Positions 1-12,650 of a stretch of DNA of 64,000 bases are shown piece by piece. Every line of letters begins with the position of its first letter. The first letter of the stretch is position 1. A program made the position numbers and the translations under genes. Where the stretch lies: the NCBI RefSeq assembly GCF_037042905.1, contig NC_087251.1:42162001-42226000 (forward strand). The letters are read 5' to 3'. The notes under the pieces were generated by a model. It was not told the DNA's origin, did no database searches, and worked only from the letters and a program-made list of their open reading frames with translations. The stretch comes from Lytechinus pictus. Its lineage: Eukaryota.

Positions 1-1203
1 CCAGCTCAGATGTCTGATACGGATGATAATTTCCTATATGTCTATCCTTGTGATTCAGCTCATAAAACCATGGTTAAATTGATGGCACATTTGTTAAATC
101 CAAATGGATAAATTGGTTGGATGGATAGGATTTAATTGTCAATCATATTGAATAGGAGTAATCTCATAATGAATAAACATATTGAAAATTAAAGAGGTCA
201 TTGAAAAAAAAACCTAACACTTAACGACTCATTCTACTTTATTCTCTGCGAAAAAAAAAAATCTATTATACAGAGTATACTATCAGATGATCAAATCAAA
301 TGATATCAGTAGCTTTGAACTGTTATTGCAAATTTGTTATTATAACAAGTTTTGTGAAATGGGCCCCTGATTCAACATGAAATGAAATAGTAATTACCAC
401 AAGCAGGCAGCCTTGAGATGACAAATACACAGACCACATTACACGAGTGTTCCTCTAACGATGAGGCCCAAAGCTCATTGGGGAATAGCCTATATTTAAA
501 TCCGATGTATTATACATTTTAATCACATCTCATGTTCGTCCCAACTGAATTTCATCTTGGAAACGAGACTGCTTTACATGATGGGATACATGATTGTGAG
601 GCTACCGTTCCCACAAGACGCTACCCGATACAACAGTCGTCAGTTTTAGATGTGAGCCGGTATGCAGAGCCCACTAAACGCAGCGCTAAACCAATGTGTG
701 CACTTGTAATGGATACGTCTCTCCCGCATGCAAGATCAGATTTAATAGAGCGAAGGAGTGATCTGGCATTAAGTCGGTTTCCTATCTTGACATCATTGAT
801 GGAGAGAGTAAACAGGTATTGAGTGAAGGAGATGAGAAAGGCCATTAACCAATCCTATTCCAGCCAAACGCTTACTTGAAAACCAAGAACTTCATGAAGT
901 TACATACTCGCTTTTAACCTGAATCATGACAGCCCACAAATTGCAGATAAGTAATAACTGCAGCGTATGCAGTAGGAGGTTTCAAACCGCCTCGATCACA
1001 AGAATCCCCATTAAATTACCAGGACTTTTTCAGGCTAAAAAATACCTGTTAATTATTCCCATATTTCATAAGTGCCTGAAGTTACAAGCATGCGCAGTAT
1101 GGTCTGATAAGCAGGCAAGGAGCGAGATTCAAAATCGCTAGCTCAGCAGCCAACCATGGGGCCCACGTCCAACTACACGCTGGGCTAAGAAAGTGCCTGT
1201 AAT

Positions 1204-2045
1204 CATGGACCTATCACAAATGGACATTCAACGAATCCCCTCCTTTGGGCCAAAGACCGTCACCGCTAATCCTTTTATAAACAGAGCGCTGGCAGCTGAC
1301 GCCCATCAAGCCGGTCGTAAAACACGCTCTCACTGATGGACAGCGGAAATCAATTGTACGCTGCTCCTACCCATTGCGATGTTGTTCGTTCACTTTATCA
1401 AAAGCAACGCACATCAGCGAACGTTAGCGCTATGAAAATGATAGCAGAAACAAGAAAACAGGCGTGCATAAACGTATTTATTACGTACATCGCGAACAAC
1501 CGCAAATGAAATACATTGACATCACCTTGCAGATCAGTATATCTACGGCAAAAAAACAGTTGAAATTCGACGAAAAAATCTGCGGAAAAACGTTAAAAAT
1601 TCATCTTTTTCGGACAGTATTGATGTCGATAGTAGCGCTTACCTTCGGTCAGAAGTTGATTTTCATTTGGGCATAGAATTCCACAGGATTGATGAAATTT
1701 AACAGGATTTTTTTTTATGGTCAGACGACAATCGCACATTATAGACAGCCTAAAATAATGTACTGAAAAACCGGATATGAATTGCGCATTGCATTCTAGG
1801 TAATGTAGGGACTTTCCCTATTGGCAATCGGGGCTACAACATGACCGTCTTTGGTCGAAAGAGGGCCAGTGATCGATCGGTGACGATCATTGGCCGAAAG
1901 GATCTTGTGTAAACAATCTCCCCGGGCGGTCGTCGTAAAAACCGCGTAAAGAGAAAGTTAAGGGTTAGACAGCAATTTTGACAGCTGGAAACAGGTGGTG
2001 GTCATAAAATGCTCTCGTTGAATGTCCATTCGTAATAGGTCCATG
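1204..2045. mobile_element. Non-autonomous P-superfamily-like DNA transposon (31-bp TIR, 7-bp TSD)
   Basis: TIRs CATGGACCTATCACAAATGGACATTCAACGA and TCGTTGAATGTCCATTCGTAATAGGTCCATG (2 mismatches). Direct repeat CTGTAAT at 1197-1203 and 2046-2052. It splits a family A MITE. The superfamily call is an inference. Confidence 0.8.
1785..1893 (-). promoter_or_regulatory. Promoter-like motif cluster inside the P-like element (CCAAT x2, NF-kB site, ZNF143/Staf SBS-like motif)
   Basis: GGGACTTTCC at 1808-1817; ATTGG at 1820-1824 and 1889-1893; minus-strand CTACATTACCTAGAATGCAATGCG at 1785-1808. Locally CpG-rich. Confidence 0.45.
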
Positions 2046-2699
2046 CTGTAATATGCTTTCACATTGCCAAAATACCTGCGACCTTGGAAAAAATCCTCGC
2101 GAAAGTTCTTGTAATTTTGCCAAAGTACCTACTACTTAGCGGGTATTTTCTTTTGGGGATATTACACGTAATTTGCTTTCACACTCATGGATAAATCCAG
2201 GTACATCTATGGACTTATTATGTCCTTCATGAAATCTTCTAAGAACATGAAAAAGCTTGTAGCTGAACATTTTTTCATACACATTTTTTTGTGAAGAGGG
2301 GAACAATTTAAAGTGGTCTTATTGTAGATTTAGGCACTAATACTTGGTGTCCGTCAGACTTAATAAAGATCCTGATATCTACCGATTCATCGTGAAGCCA
2401 ATATACTGTAATCATCTCTTATTCCATCAACCCTCTGTTCCTCCCTATCTGACTTGGTATAATCAGCTCACATTGTCCAAACTCAAAGTACTCCTGGGCA
2501 TCAGTGTAAACAGATTAACACTACATCTCCAAGAAACCTTGTGTTGAGGAGGTATGGTACAGAGGCTACTCTTTCAACTGCTGTTCACCCCTCCCCCCCC
2601 CCCCCCAGGTGCTCTGAAAATTCATGATTAAAAAAATATATAACTTACTTTTGTGCTCAAAAGATAGAGAGGAGATACAATATGACATTTTCATAATAT

Positions 2700-2889
2700 T
2701 TGGTGATAGTGGTGACTATATATCCTCTAATTGCAATGCTCATAAGCAAACAACCAGAGGATCAATAGTTCAAGGTCCTCTCCAAGGGACCTGGATATGA
2801 AAATGTCTTGTACCAAAGGCCAGGCATTCACCAAAAAGGAATTGAACCCTAATCCCAGCATTGCAAGACCACAGCTCTCCCGACTGACC
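2700..2889 (-). mobile_element. Degenerate tRNA-derived SINE remnant
   Basis: Minus strand reads GGTCAGTCGGGAGAGC...GGGTTCAATTCC, resembling A and B boxes. Boundaries approximate. Confidence 0.45.
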
Positions 2890-3144
2890 TATTTATATTA
2901 TCATAGCAAATGGTGAATCATTTCTAATAAGACTTTGTCCTCAAGAATGTTACTTCTGAAATATTAATCTACTTGGGTGATGAGCAGAATCACTAAAAAC
3001 ATTTTAAAAGTATCTAAAATTTTATGTTTTCATTTTTTTTTATATTGTTGAATAAAAATGTTGTTGCTGTTGTTGTGATATCTAAACCCATCCTGTAACG
3101 ATCTCATTCCTCTGCACCTCAGAATATCTTACTACGATATTTCT

Positions 3145-3352
3145 GTGACACGACATTTGCTCCAGAGACAGTTGCTCTGGGCTTTATTTCGTCCAAGATA
3201 TAGGGCTAGGGTTGCAATCGGGTTTTATGTTAGGTGTAGGGTAAGGTTTAGGATAGGGTATAGTGTTAAATCCAGGGTTGAAGTTGGTCATTCCATTCAT
3301 GTATTTGAATTCACAGCAGAGCAATCGTCGCCAGAGCAAATGTCATGGAACC
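3145..3352. mobile_element. Small palindromic MITE-like element with an internal (GGTTAG)-like tract
   Basis: GACATTTGCTCC at the left end and GAGCAAATGTC at the right end are inverted arms. Confidence 0.6.
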
Positions 3353-4544
3353 AACATTTCTCACTTTCACAAGTTATACAAGGGAAATCTGGCTCTAGTA
3401 GTACAACAAAATTCCTACAAAATGCAATAAACCTCCTACATCAGGCAAAAGAATCCCAATAATTCTCTTATTCCCTATGAACACAAATCAGCCTTCAGTA
3501 ATCTACAGTATATAATTTTTTTAACACAACCATGCTAAACATTTGTGTTCATCATCAGCATGTCTTGAAATTTTGAAAATGAAAAGGTTGAATAAACAAC
3601 AAAGCTAAGAGGTATAGTCTCAACTGACTTCTGATGTCATGAAATGACTGAGTAACTTTTATTCTGTACACTGATTGTTTGGTGAGGATTAATAGACCAT
3701 TTTGCAATCTGAAAATTGAGCTTCTTTTTGACGGTTCCATTACAAGTTCTGACACCACACCGCTCGGTTTCTACAATGAGCATAGAAGACAAGATTGCTA
3801 TTGACAAGCTGTGAAGATCTGTTATTGTCCCGCTCTCATCACCCAGTCCTACCCCATCAAAGAAACGCTTCAAAATTATATGAAACGACCACCCACTTTT
3901 ACTAGAAACACATTGCCGTCTTGAGTAAGCAGAAAAGGTCGATTGAAAACTCACTCTATCATAGGGATTTGGCTTTACAAGAAATATGAATCTGAAAAAA
4001 AAAACAATATCAAACAGCATAAACCTAGAATACATTTTATAATGTATCATATATAAATGCATGATACATTGTATATTGGAGGCAGGGATACAGGAAGGAC
4101 TGGGTGGTGGGAGATGCGCTCCCAAAGACTTTTCACGAATTGAAGACAAAACAAGGAAGAAAAGGAAGATATGAGAAATAAGAACTTAAAATATACATAG
4201 GCCGTGTAAATTTACCACTGTATAAATTCAATTGGGAAAAACAATTAGTTCATCTCTCCCCTCCCCCGTCAAATTTCCCTTGCGCCGACCCTTGTATGTA
4301 TGTATGCAAGATGCATTATAAACACATTATATGGTATTCTTCAATAATTACTGATAGTGATAAGAAATGATAGTTGTAATTTTGATAACAAATATCTTAT
4401 ACATTGATGGCTATTACTGACAAAGAAAATTCAAAATCTAACAATGTAGATGAATTTTTGAGTCAGAGATGAACCCCTTCACACTTTTACAGCATCGGGG
4501 CAGGTAAATGAAGAATTTTCTGTTGTTCAATGATATAGGACTAA

Positions 4545-4707
4545 TACCTCGGTCACATTTGCTCTACGGTGGCCGTACGGCGAGTCGAAAAACAGCCGTT
4601 TTAACATTTTTTGTACCAGCTATACAAAGGTGGTTTGAATAAAAATGAATAAAACGGCTGTTTTTTACTCGACGTTCGGCCGCTGTAGAGCAAATGTGAC
4701 CAAGATA
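4545..4707. mobile_element. Foldback MITE, PIF/Harbinger-like (TAA/TTA flanks)
   Basis: Long inverted arms GGTCACATTTGCTCTAC...GTAGAGCAAATGTGACC. Confidence 0.8.
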
Positions 4708-4767
4708 TTAATCTAATATTTTACTCGTTAATGCCTCACTAATAAAAAGTTGTTTTGTATGTCTTAA

Positions 4768-5174
4768 AGCCACCGCACAACTTATGATTGGTCTGCAACC
4801 CAATTTTTGAATAAAATGTAATAGAATTCAATGCTAATATTGAGAGATGGAATATTTTACCATGTAATATTCTAAATCAGCGTACGAATACCTATATTCA
4901 AATCTGTTATTTTGCTATCATCCTTACTAGAATAAAATATCTAATATCTACTCATACTGACGTCATAGCAATCTTACGATTTGAAACTAATTTGGCCTTT
5001 GCTCCAAAATAAAGGCTTGCAATAATCTATAATTGTTATATTAGTCTTCTTTCAGTTAATTGAACCTCAAATAAAAAGATATTTTTTATTCACATTTCCA
5101 TAAACAATTAACAAGCAAAATGTGATTTGATCCAAACTTTAATTGTTGACAAGTCATAAGGTGTGCAGTAGCCT
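4768..5174. mobile_element. TTAA-type (Kolobok-like) MITE, diverged
   Basis: ttaa|AGCCACCGCACAACTTATGA at the left and TCATAAGGTGTGCAGTAGCCT|ttac at the right are imperfect TIRs. Confidence 0.6.
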
Positions 5175-6141
5175 TTACATCATTCACAAGGATTACTGAT
5201 GATCCTATCACAGCATCTCTTTGATTATTTGAAATACAGAGGCCTCCTTGAAAATCACCTTCAAACTTCATAATTAATGACAAGGGAATAAAAATCTCCT
5301 GCATAAAAAAAATCAGGACTTAATGGAATACCACGGACAAGATTTAAGATCAATATTTATGAGATGTATTTTGAAAATGAATCTTTAAGTTCTGAGTTGA
5401 AGATAGATTATGATTTTTCATTTCTATCCTTCTTTTGACATCATACAAGTCTCAATAACAGATCATCCTTTCAGTAAGAAAATATTGACAGAATAATCGG
5501 CTTAGGAGAAGAAGAAGATTGTGTGTCCTTTCAACCGGTGTCTGGACCAGTCTGTAGGCTTTTCAGAACAAGGAAATGCATCAGGGATCTTTCACAATGA
5601 TTCTAACAAGCCTGTTGACTTCTTGAAAACGTGGTTTGTAAAGGAATACCGCCTTTTCAAGTGAAGCAAGGCAGGGGCGATTTTTATTCTTGCAATAGTG
5701 ATGTTTTTCTCCCCCCAAACAGAATGAGGAGGCAATTAAGAGGTTGAAGACCGCAGTAAGAGGTTATTGAATAATAATGATAATAAAAAAAAACATCTAA
5801 GCACAAAATTGTGCTAGGCTACAAATAAGCATCACAGGAGAGAGACATTTTACTTGACAGAAGCAAAATGGTCTCCTGTAAAATACCAAGATTGACAAAA
5901 CTGGGACGAGAGAGACTAAAAAGGACTAGAGAAATCAACGTGGAGTGATGATACTAAGAAGATTTGGAAGAATGATACAAATTGCAACGTATAAAGAGTA
6001 GATGAGAAAAGAATGATGATGATTGCTCAGGCTAAAAATGACGAGTACAAAAAAAAACCCTCCTTGCTATTAATTAGGGAGATAATATGATGTAGCATAT
6101 AGCCAGACGATATAAGGAAGATATTGCTTCTGGCTTCTTAA

Positions 6142-6784
6142 AGGGGAAGTTCATCCTGACCAAAAGTTTATTGTAAAAATAGCAGAAAAAATAATGAAAA
6201 ATACTGCCGAAGGTTTGGGATGACTCCATCAAAGAATTAAAAAGTTTTTAGAATTTTGATTATTTGATTAGTGAAGCCATACGTGAGCAGCATTCCTATA
6301 AAGCGAATGGTAAAGAATCAATGAAATGTCATTTTCTCAGAAAATTGAAGATGGTTTATACGGTACCTTTTTTAAAATCAATAGACAAACTATTCCACAT
6401 CCGATGTCATGTCATGTGAAATATATTCTTTCAAAACCATATCAATAACAAAAACAAAAACAGAATTTTCATAAAATGCTATTTTCTATAAAAAAAAAAA
6501 AAATTATTTTTATTTTGGGTTGATGTATCGTGAGACACACCCTTTCATACCCCCTTCTCTAAGAAGAAATATTTTGATCATCATGTTCCAATAAAAATGT
6601 GAATTTATGAAAATTACAGTATATTAAATGATGATGTATGAGGGAGCTGCTTGCATATGATACCACAAATTAAACAAAAAATATAAAACATTCACAACAT
6701 ACTCTCATATTCTTTCATGGATTATTTTTCTGTAATTTTTCTGCTTTCATCAAGAACAACCTATCATCGGGGTGTTCTTGCCTT
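6142..6784. mobile_element. TTAA/Kolobok-like MITE (AGGGGAAGTTCA termini), diverged
   Basis: Begins ttaa|AGGGGAAGTTCATCCTGA. Related sequence occurs at about 34836-35310 and about 27960-28335. Confidence 0.65.
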
Positions 6785-7881
6785 GTAAGGCCAGGGGAGA
6801 GGACGAAAGAAACTTTGGGGTTCTGAGAGGGTTTAAAACCTCGAAGGAGAGCTTAAAACCTGAAGACAGTAAAGGAGAAAGATATTAAAGCATCAGGCTT
6901 CACACATGTAGATCTATGGTTGAAATAGATATGATCGTTAAAATGCAATGAAAACCCCATGGCTTGGTTTTAAACAATAGTTATCACATTCAAGAATTCA
7001 CCCGTCAAACTTCTTCTATGTAAGAGTGCTACTATTTCTGTTTACTTTGAGCAAAAATATACCAAGTTTATAATCAACGTGATAAGGCAGGAACATCTCT
7101 ATAATTTTGGACCTGAGAATATAGTGGATAGGATAATCAATGTTCATACTTGACATTCATTGCCAAATTACTATGACATTTTCAAACGTTTCTGCTTTTA
7201 ATTTCCCTTTAATAGAACCCTTGAATAAATTCAGTTTGCTGAACTCAGCACAAAAAAAGGAATAAAATGTAAGTTTACAGAAAAGTACACTTTACATGAC
7301 AGGAATATGATTAAGTGCAGTCTGAAAATACTTATTGCCAACAGAGCTATTATGCCATGAACCAAATTTATCATATCTAGTCTGTAACAAATATAACTCA
7401 TCTGTCAAACTATGACCTCCCCGGTTATGCATGTTAGTGTGCCATCCCATTTCTTTGCTTTTATATCCATCTGAATAAACCATAAAAGGCGCTAATCCCC
7501 AAATTCCTACCAGTCATAACATGCAATTTGATACTCGGATGACGGGTTTCGATAAAAGAAATTAATCCCCTATTCATCTCCAGCCACAGCCACCCTGTAT
7601 CTTGTGCATGAATATGGAATCGGGTAATATACTCCTTAGGAGATGTAGCACGATTTATTCACTTCTTGGAAAATGTTTTTTTTTTATATACTTTCTCTGT
7701 GCTAAAGGAGCAAGGTTGCAGTGTACTAACGACCTTTGGGTCTTCTACATTTTAGTAAATTTTTTTGTATTAGAGCTAATTCAAGAACAGAACTTCTACC
7801 ATTTATGTTACAGTCACGTCAGCATACAGACTAACTGTTGGTATGTCATTGGGAATAATGAAATAATAGCTTTGATTGGTC

Positions 7882-8820
7882 TTGGGGCCCATAAGACAGG
7901 TTAGCGATTAATCGCTTATTTGAAAGAACAATTCCGATTGGTTAATAGTGAATCTAACTGAGCAAAGTGCCCATGCAACAATAATATTAATAGGCCATTT
8001 CATTACGCGATTAATTGCTAACCTTTGTGTTACAGGGCCCTGGGGGGTGTTTCACAAGGATTTAAGTAAGATGTAGAGTCACACTTAAATGCCTATGCCT
8101 AGTTTTAAAATATTTATAAAATATTGCGAGTGGTGAAGTTCACCACCGCTCCAACAACGGCCAGTCAAAGTTTGACACCGCTAGACGCACGTTCGTGGAC
8201 GCTTGCATCTGCTATTAAAGCCAACGCAAAAATCTTGCACGCTGGATCACCGCTGCTTCGCCATCTTTGCCCTGGTGGTGATTAAATGTTGCACAAACTT
8301 TGGTGGAGCGGTTGTAAGTGTTTCACGAGTGGACACGGGATGGGTGGAACGGTGTCGGGCGTTGAAGCAGCAATCCATTGCGGTGATGAACTTTGGTTTG
8401 GCGATTGGTATGGAGGTGTCAGAGCGAGACCAGCATTTGGCTATAAATACAGGGAGAAGTGGACCAGGAGCCCATTTTGAATCTATCAGAACTTCTATCA
8501 AAGCGATCTGTTCAGCTCTGTAGTCAAAAGCGGTATGCCGCTAAACCAACTTTAAACCCCCGCCGAGCCAACACCCGCATGCACAGGATGCCGCTCTATC
8601 AAATCTCGCATCACCGCTAAACAACCGCTAAAGCAATGCCGGCTTCAGCGGTGCACCGCTAAAGCAAAAACCGTGTTTTCCATTTTTTCCACCCATTTTG
8701 TACGTGATAACGAACGTTGTCGAAATTCTGCCCCCTATCCCTAGCGTTCAAGGAACGCTCCAACAGAGTTTGGGCGTTGTGACCAGGCCTATACTTCAAT
8801 CTTTGTGAAACACCCCCCAG
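7882..8820. mobile_element. Cluster of short GGGG-terminated MITEs with a GC-rich element inserted at about 8100-8790
   Basis: Inverted termini GGGGGGTGTTTCACAAGGATT and AATCTTTGTGAAACACCCCCC. The interior has repeated ACCGC/GCGGT motifs and ends GTGACCAGGCCTA. Confidence 0.65.
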
Positions 8821-10420
8821 GAGACGGTATCGTTGGTGAGACTGTAGGCAGCATTACACATGATATCATCAGACAGAGGAAGGATTATCTGATCTAATTT
8901 TTAAAAAAATAAGACAAGGTGGTAATGGGAGGGTAATTTTTCTTTAAATTCATAAAATAATCTGTCTTCTATAGTGACATTCAGAAGTATTCAGAAGTAA
9001 ATATAGAATACTTAATGTTTATATATTCTACATACTCATAATCAACAAATCGCTGAATGTATAAAGGACCTTCTAGTAGGCCTATATGAATTTAAAAAAA
9101 TTAAGTTAATACTACTCTGAAAAGAAAATCCAATAGTGAGTATGTTTTGAATATTACATTTTAGTCATTTTTTGTATTAGAGCTAATTCAGGAGCAGTCC
9201 TTATAATGACATTCATTCGTTCTGATATCGGTGTAGTGATAATAACTTTTTAGAAGTCATAACTGAAGTATTATTTGCCTGAATTTTACTTCTCTGGCAT
9301 TCTTTTTTTCCCCCCACAATAATCAACTCTTTAAGTTAGAACGATTCCCTCCCCAAACTACCAATTGGTCGCTACATCACACTGACATGGTGTATGCATT
9401 CAATTTGAAAGCCTTAAAGACAATAACAACTATGGAAAAGTCATACACTTTTAGTGATTGCTTGAGTTGATCATAATTCATTCCTCCTTTAAAAACAAAT
9501 TTATAATTATGTTAGAATCTCATTACAGGATCAACATCTTTCAGCCAACTGCAAACTGGTTCTGAAAAATTCAATATCCACCATCACCTAGTGAAAGCCC
9601 AACTTTGTTATTTCCTATTTTTTTCCATTTGAATAGATTTTTACCAAATCACAATATATTATCGCACAAGTGGGAATACCGATCTCTCTTTAATGCCTGG
9701 GTATATAGGACAGACTCAACTGGGAATACAGGATTTGGGTAAATCCTTCGCTCCATAAATATCTTGATCAGGAAGCATTTATCTGATCTCCTCTTAATTC
9801 CTTCCAGATAAAATGTTCAGCAGCATATTTGAAATGAAAGAAAATATATTCAAATTGACTAAGGGAAGAACTTTGCAGGTTTCAGTCTTTGGATTCTGTT
9901 ATTTGGTTCAATTTCTATAAACCAAAAGCACTGCCTTATTTTATGAGAATAAACCAGATTACCATTTTTTTTATTTGTTTATTTTCAAAAGAATACTATA
10001 AAATAAATAAACAAAGACAGCAAAAAACTGAGATAAATTGCCAAGAGAGACAGAATACATTAAACTTTCAGCATCAGCTAAAAATAGCAATTGGATGAAA
10101 GAAAAAAAGAGAAGATTATTTCAAAACTATTTTTCTTTCTGAAGGAATCAAAGTAAGTAAACTTGAGATATTTGTTATTCTCATTTGACAGACGAAAATG
10201 CAAATATAAAAAAAATCTAAATATGTTGTTAATAAATTCTTGGGATTTCTTCAAATCAAATGACAATATATGGGCTTTCCTTATGGGTTGAAATGAGGCC
10301 TTTTACAATCTAAAAAGTGATACAAATTGTCTCAAAACTTCTCAGTTTAGTTTTCTGAGATGTTTTTCTTTCCCTAAGCAACCTGTTGTAGAAAATCAAT
10401 CCTAATAAAACTAGACATTA

Positions 10421-10906
10421 GGTGGTTTCAGACCGCCTCGAAGTTCGTCAGTTCCAGGTATTTTTTGATCGGGAAATTTACCCTGATCAGAAAATACAAG
10501 GTAATATTGGCAATGTGAAAGCAAATTAAGCGTAATCTCCCCAAAAGAAAATACCCACTAAATAGTAGGTACTTGTCAAAATTACGAGAACTTTCGCGGG
10601 GATTTTTCCAAGGTCGCAGGTATTTTGGCAATGTGAAAGCAATTTACGGGAACTTTTAGCCCAGTGTGTAGTTGGCCCTTAGTTGGGCGCTGGCGCCGTG
10701 GGTGGCTGCTGAGCTAGTGATTTTGAATCTCGCGCCTTGCCTGCTTATCAGACCATACTGCGCATGCTCGTAACTTCAGGAACTTATCCCAAAGGGTATG
10801 TTTCAGGGCGGTGCGAATGCAGAAATAATTAATGGGTATTTTTTAGCCTAAAAAAGTTCTCGTAATTTAACGGGGATTCTTATGATCGAGGCCGTTTGAA
10901 ACCACC
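10421..10906 (-). mobile_element. MITE family A, full length, TA-flanked
   Basis: ta|GGTGGTTTCAGACCGCCTCG ... CGAGGCCGTTTGAAACCACC|ta. Reverse complement of the copy at 37088. Confidence 0.92.
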
Positions 10907-10939
10907 TATATTCTGCAAGGATGGAAGTGTTTTACTAAC

Positions 10940-11061
10940 CTGAGCAACTCGTTCTAGGAGAGGAGGTAGCCATCCTGTATTGGCTTCACAGTGACTATCA
11001 AGAAAGGTTAGAACACTGGCTTTCGCTGCATCCGCTCCTCTTATCCTTGATCTGATCAGAC
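10940..11061 (-). CDS. GALNT2-like: GALNT internal exon E with the Mn-binding DxH motif: (G)[40 protein letters not shown]
   Basis: Acceptor ttacttcag, donor CAG|gttagt; 122 nt, phase 1 to 0. GLIRSR.RGA and LTFLDSHCE...WL.PLL are hallmarks of GT27. Confidence 0.97.
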
Positions 11062-11739
11062 CTGAAGTAAGTAATTGTAAAGGCAAAAAAAAAGGAGTTC
11101 ACTTCACATTTCAAAATATAAAGTGAGCTGGATGAAAAATTTCATTTCATAAACGTAGGCCACTTGTTGCAGTCTTATAATCCTCATTCTTGATTAGTAT
11201 ATTTAAGCATTTTTTTCAGTCTCCAATCAAAGAACCTTGACAAAAAACAACCTTGGAGTGAATGTTTCTAGTGAAAGTAGACTTTGTGAATGATCCATTT
11301 CAAAATTTTATACTAAAAGAGTGAGTCTAAAACCATCGTAGCTCTAAAGGTTTAATTCTCCACTCAAAACACCACAAACATATTCTTCACAAATATTTTC
11401 TTCATTATATTTTGACTTCCCACTTTACAACTGAACACTAATGTTCCATGCATGCTTACTCATCATATTTATTGGCTTGATATCCATACCTATAGGGTGA
11501 CAAGGAGGCATGTTTATGAAGCAGGAGATTTAGTATGGAGTTAAATTAGAACATGAAACCCTAGCTGCCATTCTATCAACCCAAGGTTGACAAAGTGTCA
11601 CAATATTTGAAATCGAATATTGACGATATATCACCCATTCAAACCGATATAGGTGAACGAGCAGGGAATAGACTGCTGAAATTTGCTAACAAATTAATTT
11701 ATCTAATTGTCTGAATGAAATGAAATTAAATTTCCAACT

Positions 11740-12545
11740 AGCCCATCCTCATATCCTCATTCTCTCATCGCCTCTTCTTCCTTCTCTCCTTCTTTTCCTC
11801 ATCCTCCTTCCATCTTCCTTGATTCACTCATCTCGATTGCTCCCCTTCTCAATCCTCCCATATTCTCCAAATCCATGGCAAATATACACCCCATCTCGTC
11901 TCTTTCTCCTCCTCTTTCTTCCCCTCACTCCTGAATTTACCCCTTTTCCTCCTCTACCCCACCCCAATCGCTCCCTCAATCTCAATCATCCTGTTATTCT
12001 CCACATCCATTGTAAATGTACATCCCATCTTTTCCCTTCCTCCCCCTTTCTTTATCTCACTCTCTCTCTCTCTTTCTCATCTCCTTCAACTTCTCTTCCT
12101 CCTCTACCCCACCCCATTCGCCCCTCAATCTCAATCCTCCCCTTATTCTCCACATCCATTGTAATTGCACATCCCACCTTCTCCCTCCCTCCCCTCTTTC
12201 TTAATCTCTCTCTCTCTTTCTCATCTCCTTCAACCTCTCTCCTCCTCTACCCTCCATCTCTATTCTCCTGTTTCCACTGTTAACGTACATCCCACCTCAT
12301 CCCTTTCTCATCCTCTTACTTCCCCCTCCCCCCCCCCCTCCCCCCTCTTCCTCTTCTACCCAACCTCATTACCCCCCTCCTTTTCAATCATCCTCTTATT
12401 CTCCAAATGCATTGCAAAGATACACCCCCACCTTCTCATCGCTCTCTCCCTTATTTCCTTCACCTCTTCATCCTCCTCCCCTCTTCCCTATCTCAATCAG
12501 CCCCCCACCCATCCGTCCATATCTTACTCCTCTCACTTTCTCAAA
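11740..12545. repeat. C/T-rich low-complexity tract with internally duplicated units
   Basis: The unit CCTCCTCTACCCCACCCCA...TTATTCTCCACATCCATTGTAA recurs at about 11948 and 12098, with degraded further copies. Confidence 0.85.
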
Positions 12546-12584
12546 ATTCACTATTATCATAGTTAAAACAATTAATGTACATAC

Positions 12585-12650
12585 CTTCCCTGAGGTTGTT
12601 GCGTATAAGCTTCACTTTGGGTATACTCGTTAAAACCTCTCCATCAATGG
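12585..12650 (-). CDS. GALNT2-like: GALNT internal exon D: (P)IDGEVLTSIPKVKLIRNNLRE(G)
   Basis: Acceptor aatttcag, donor AAG|gtatgt; 66 nt, phase 1 to 1. Matches the GALNT pattern DG..L..IPKV..IRN..REG. Confidence 0.94.

Larger units (their letters stand above)
975..2183 (+). mobile_element. MITE family A (GGTGGTTTCAAACCGCCTCG termini); interrupted by a P-like element and 3'-truncated
   Basis: 975-1203 and 2046-2183 are collinear with the full copy at 37088-37560. Confidence 0.85.

Noticed and set aside
8203..8523. Overlapping ORFs in a GC-rich segment
   Set aside because: Interior of a non-autonomous element; no transposase or other domain is recognisable.
11720..12633. Pro/Leu/Ser-rich plus-strand ORFs
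   Set aside because: C/T low-complexity intron sequence; the real exon here is on the minus strand.
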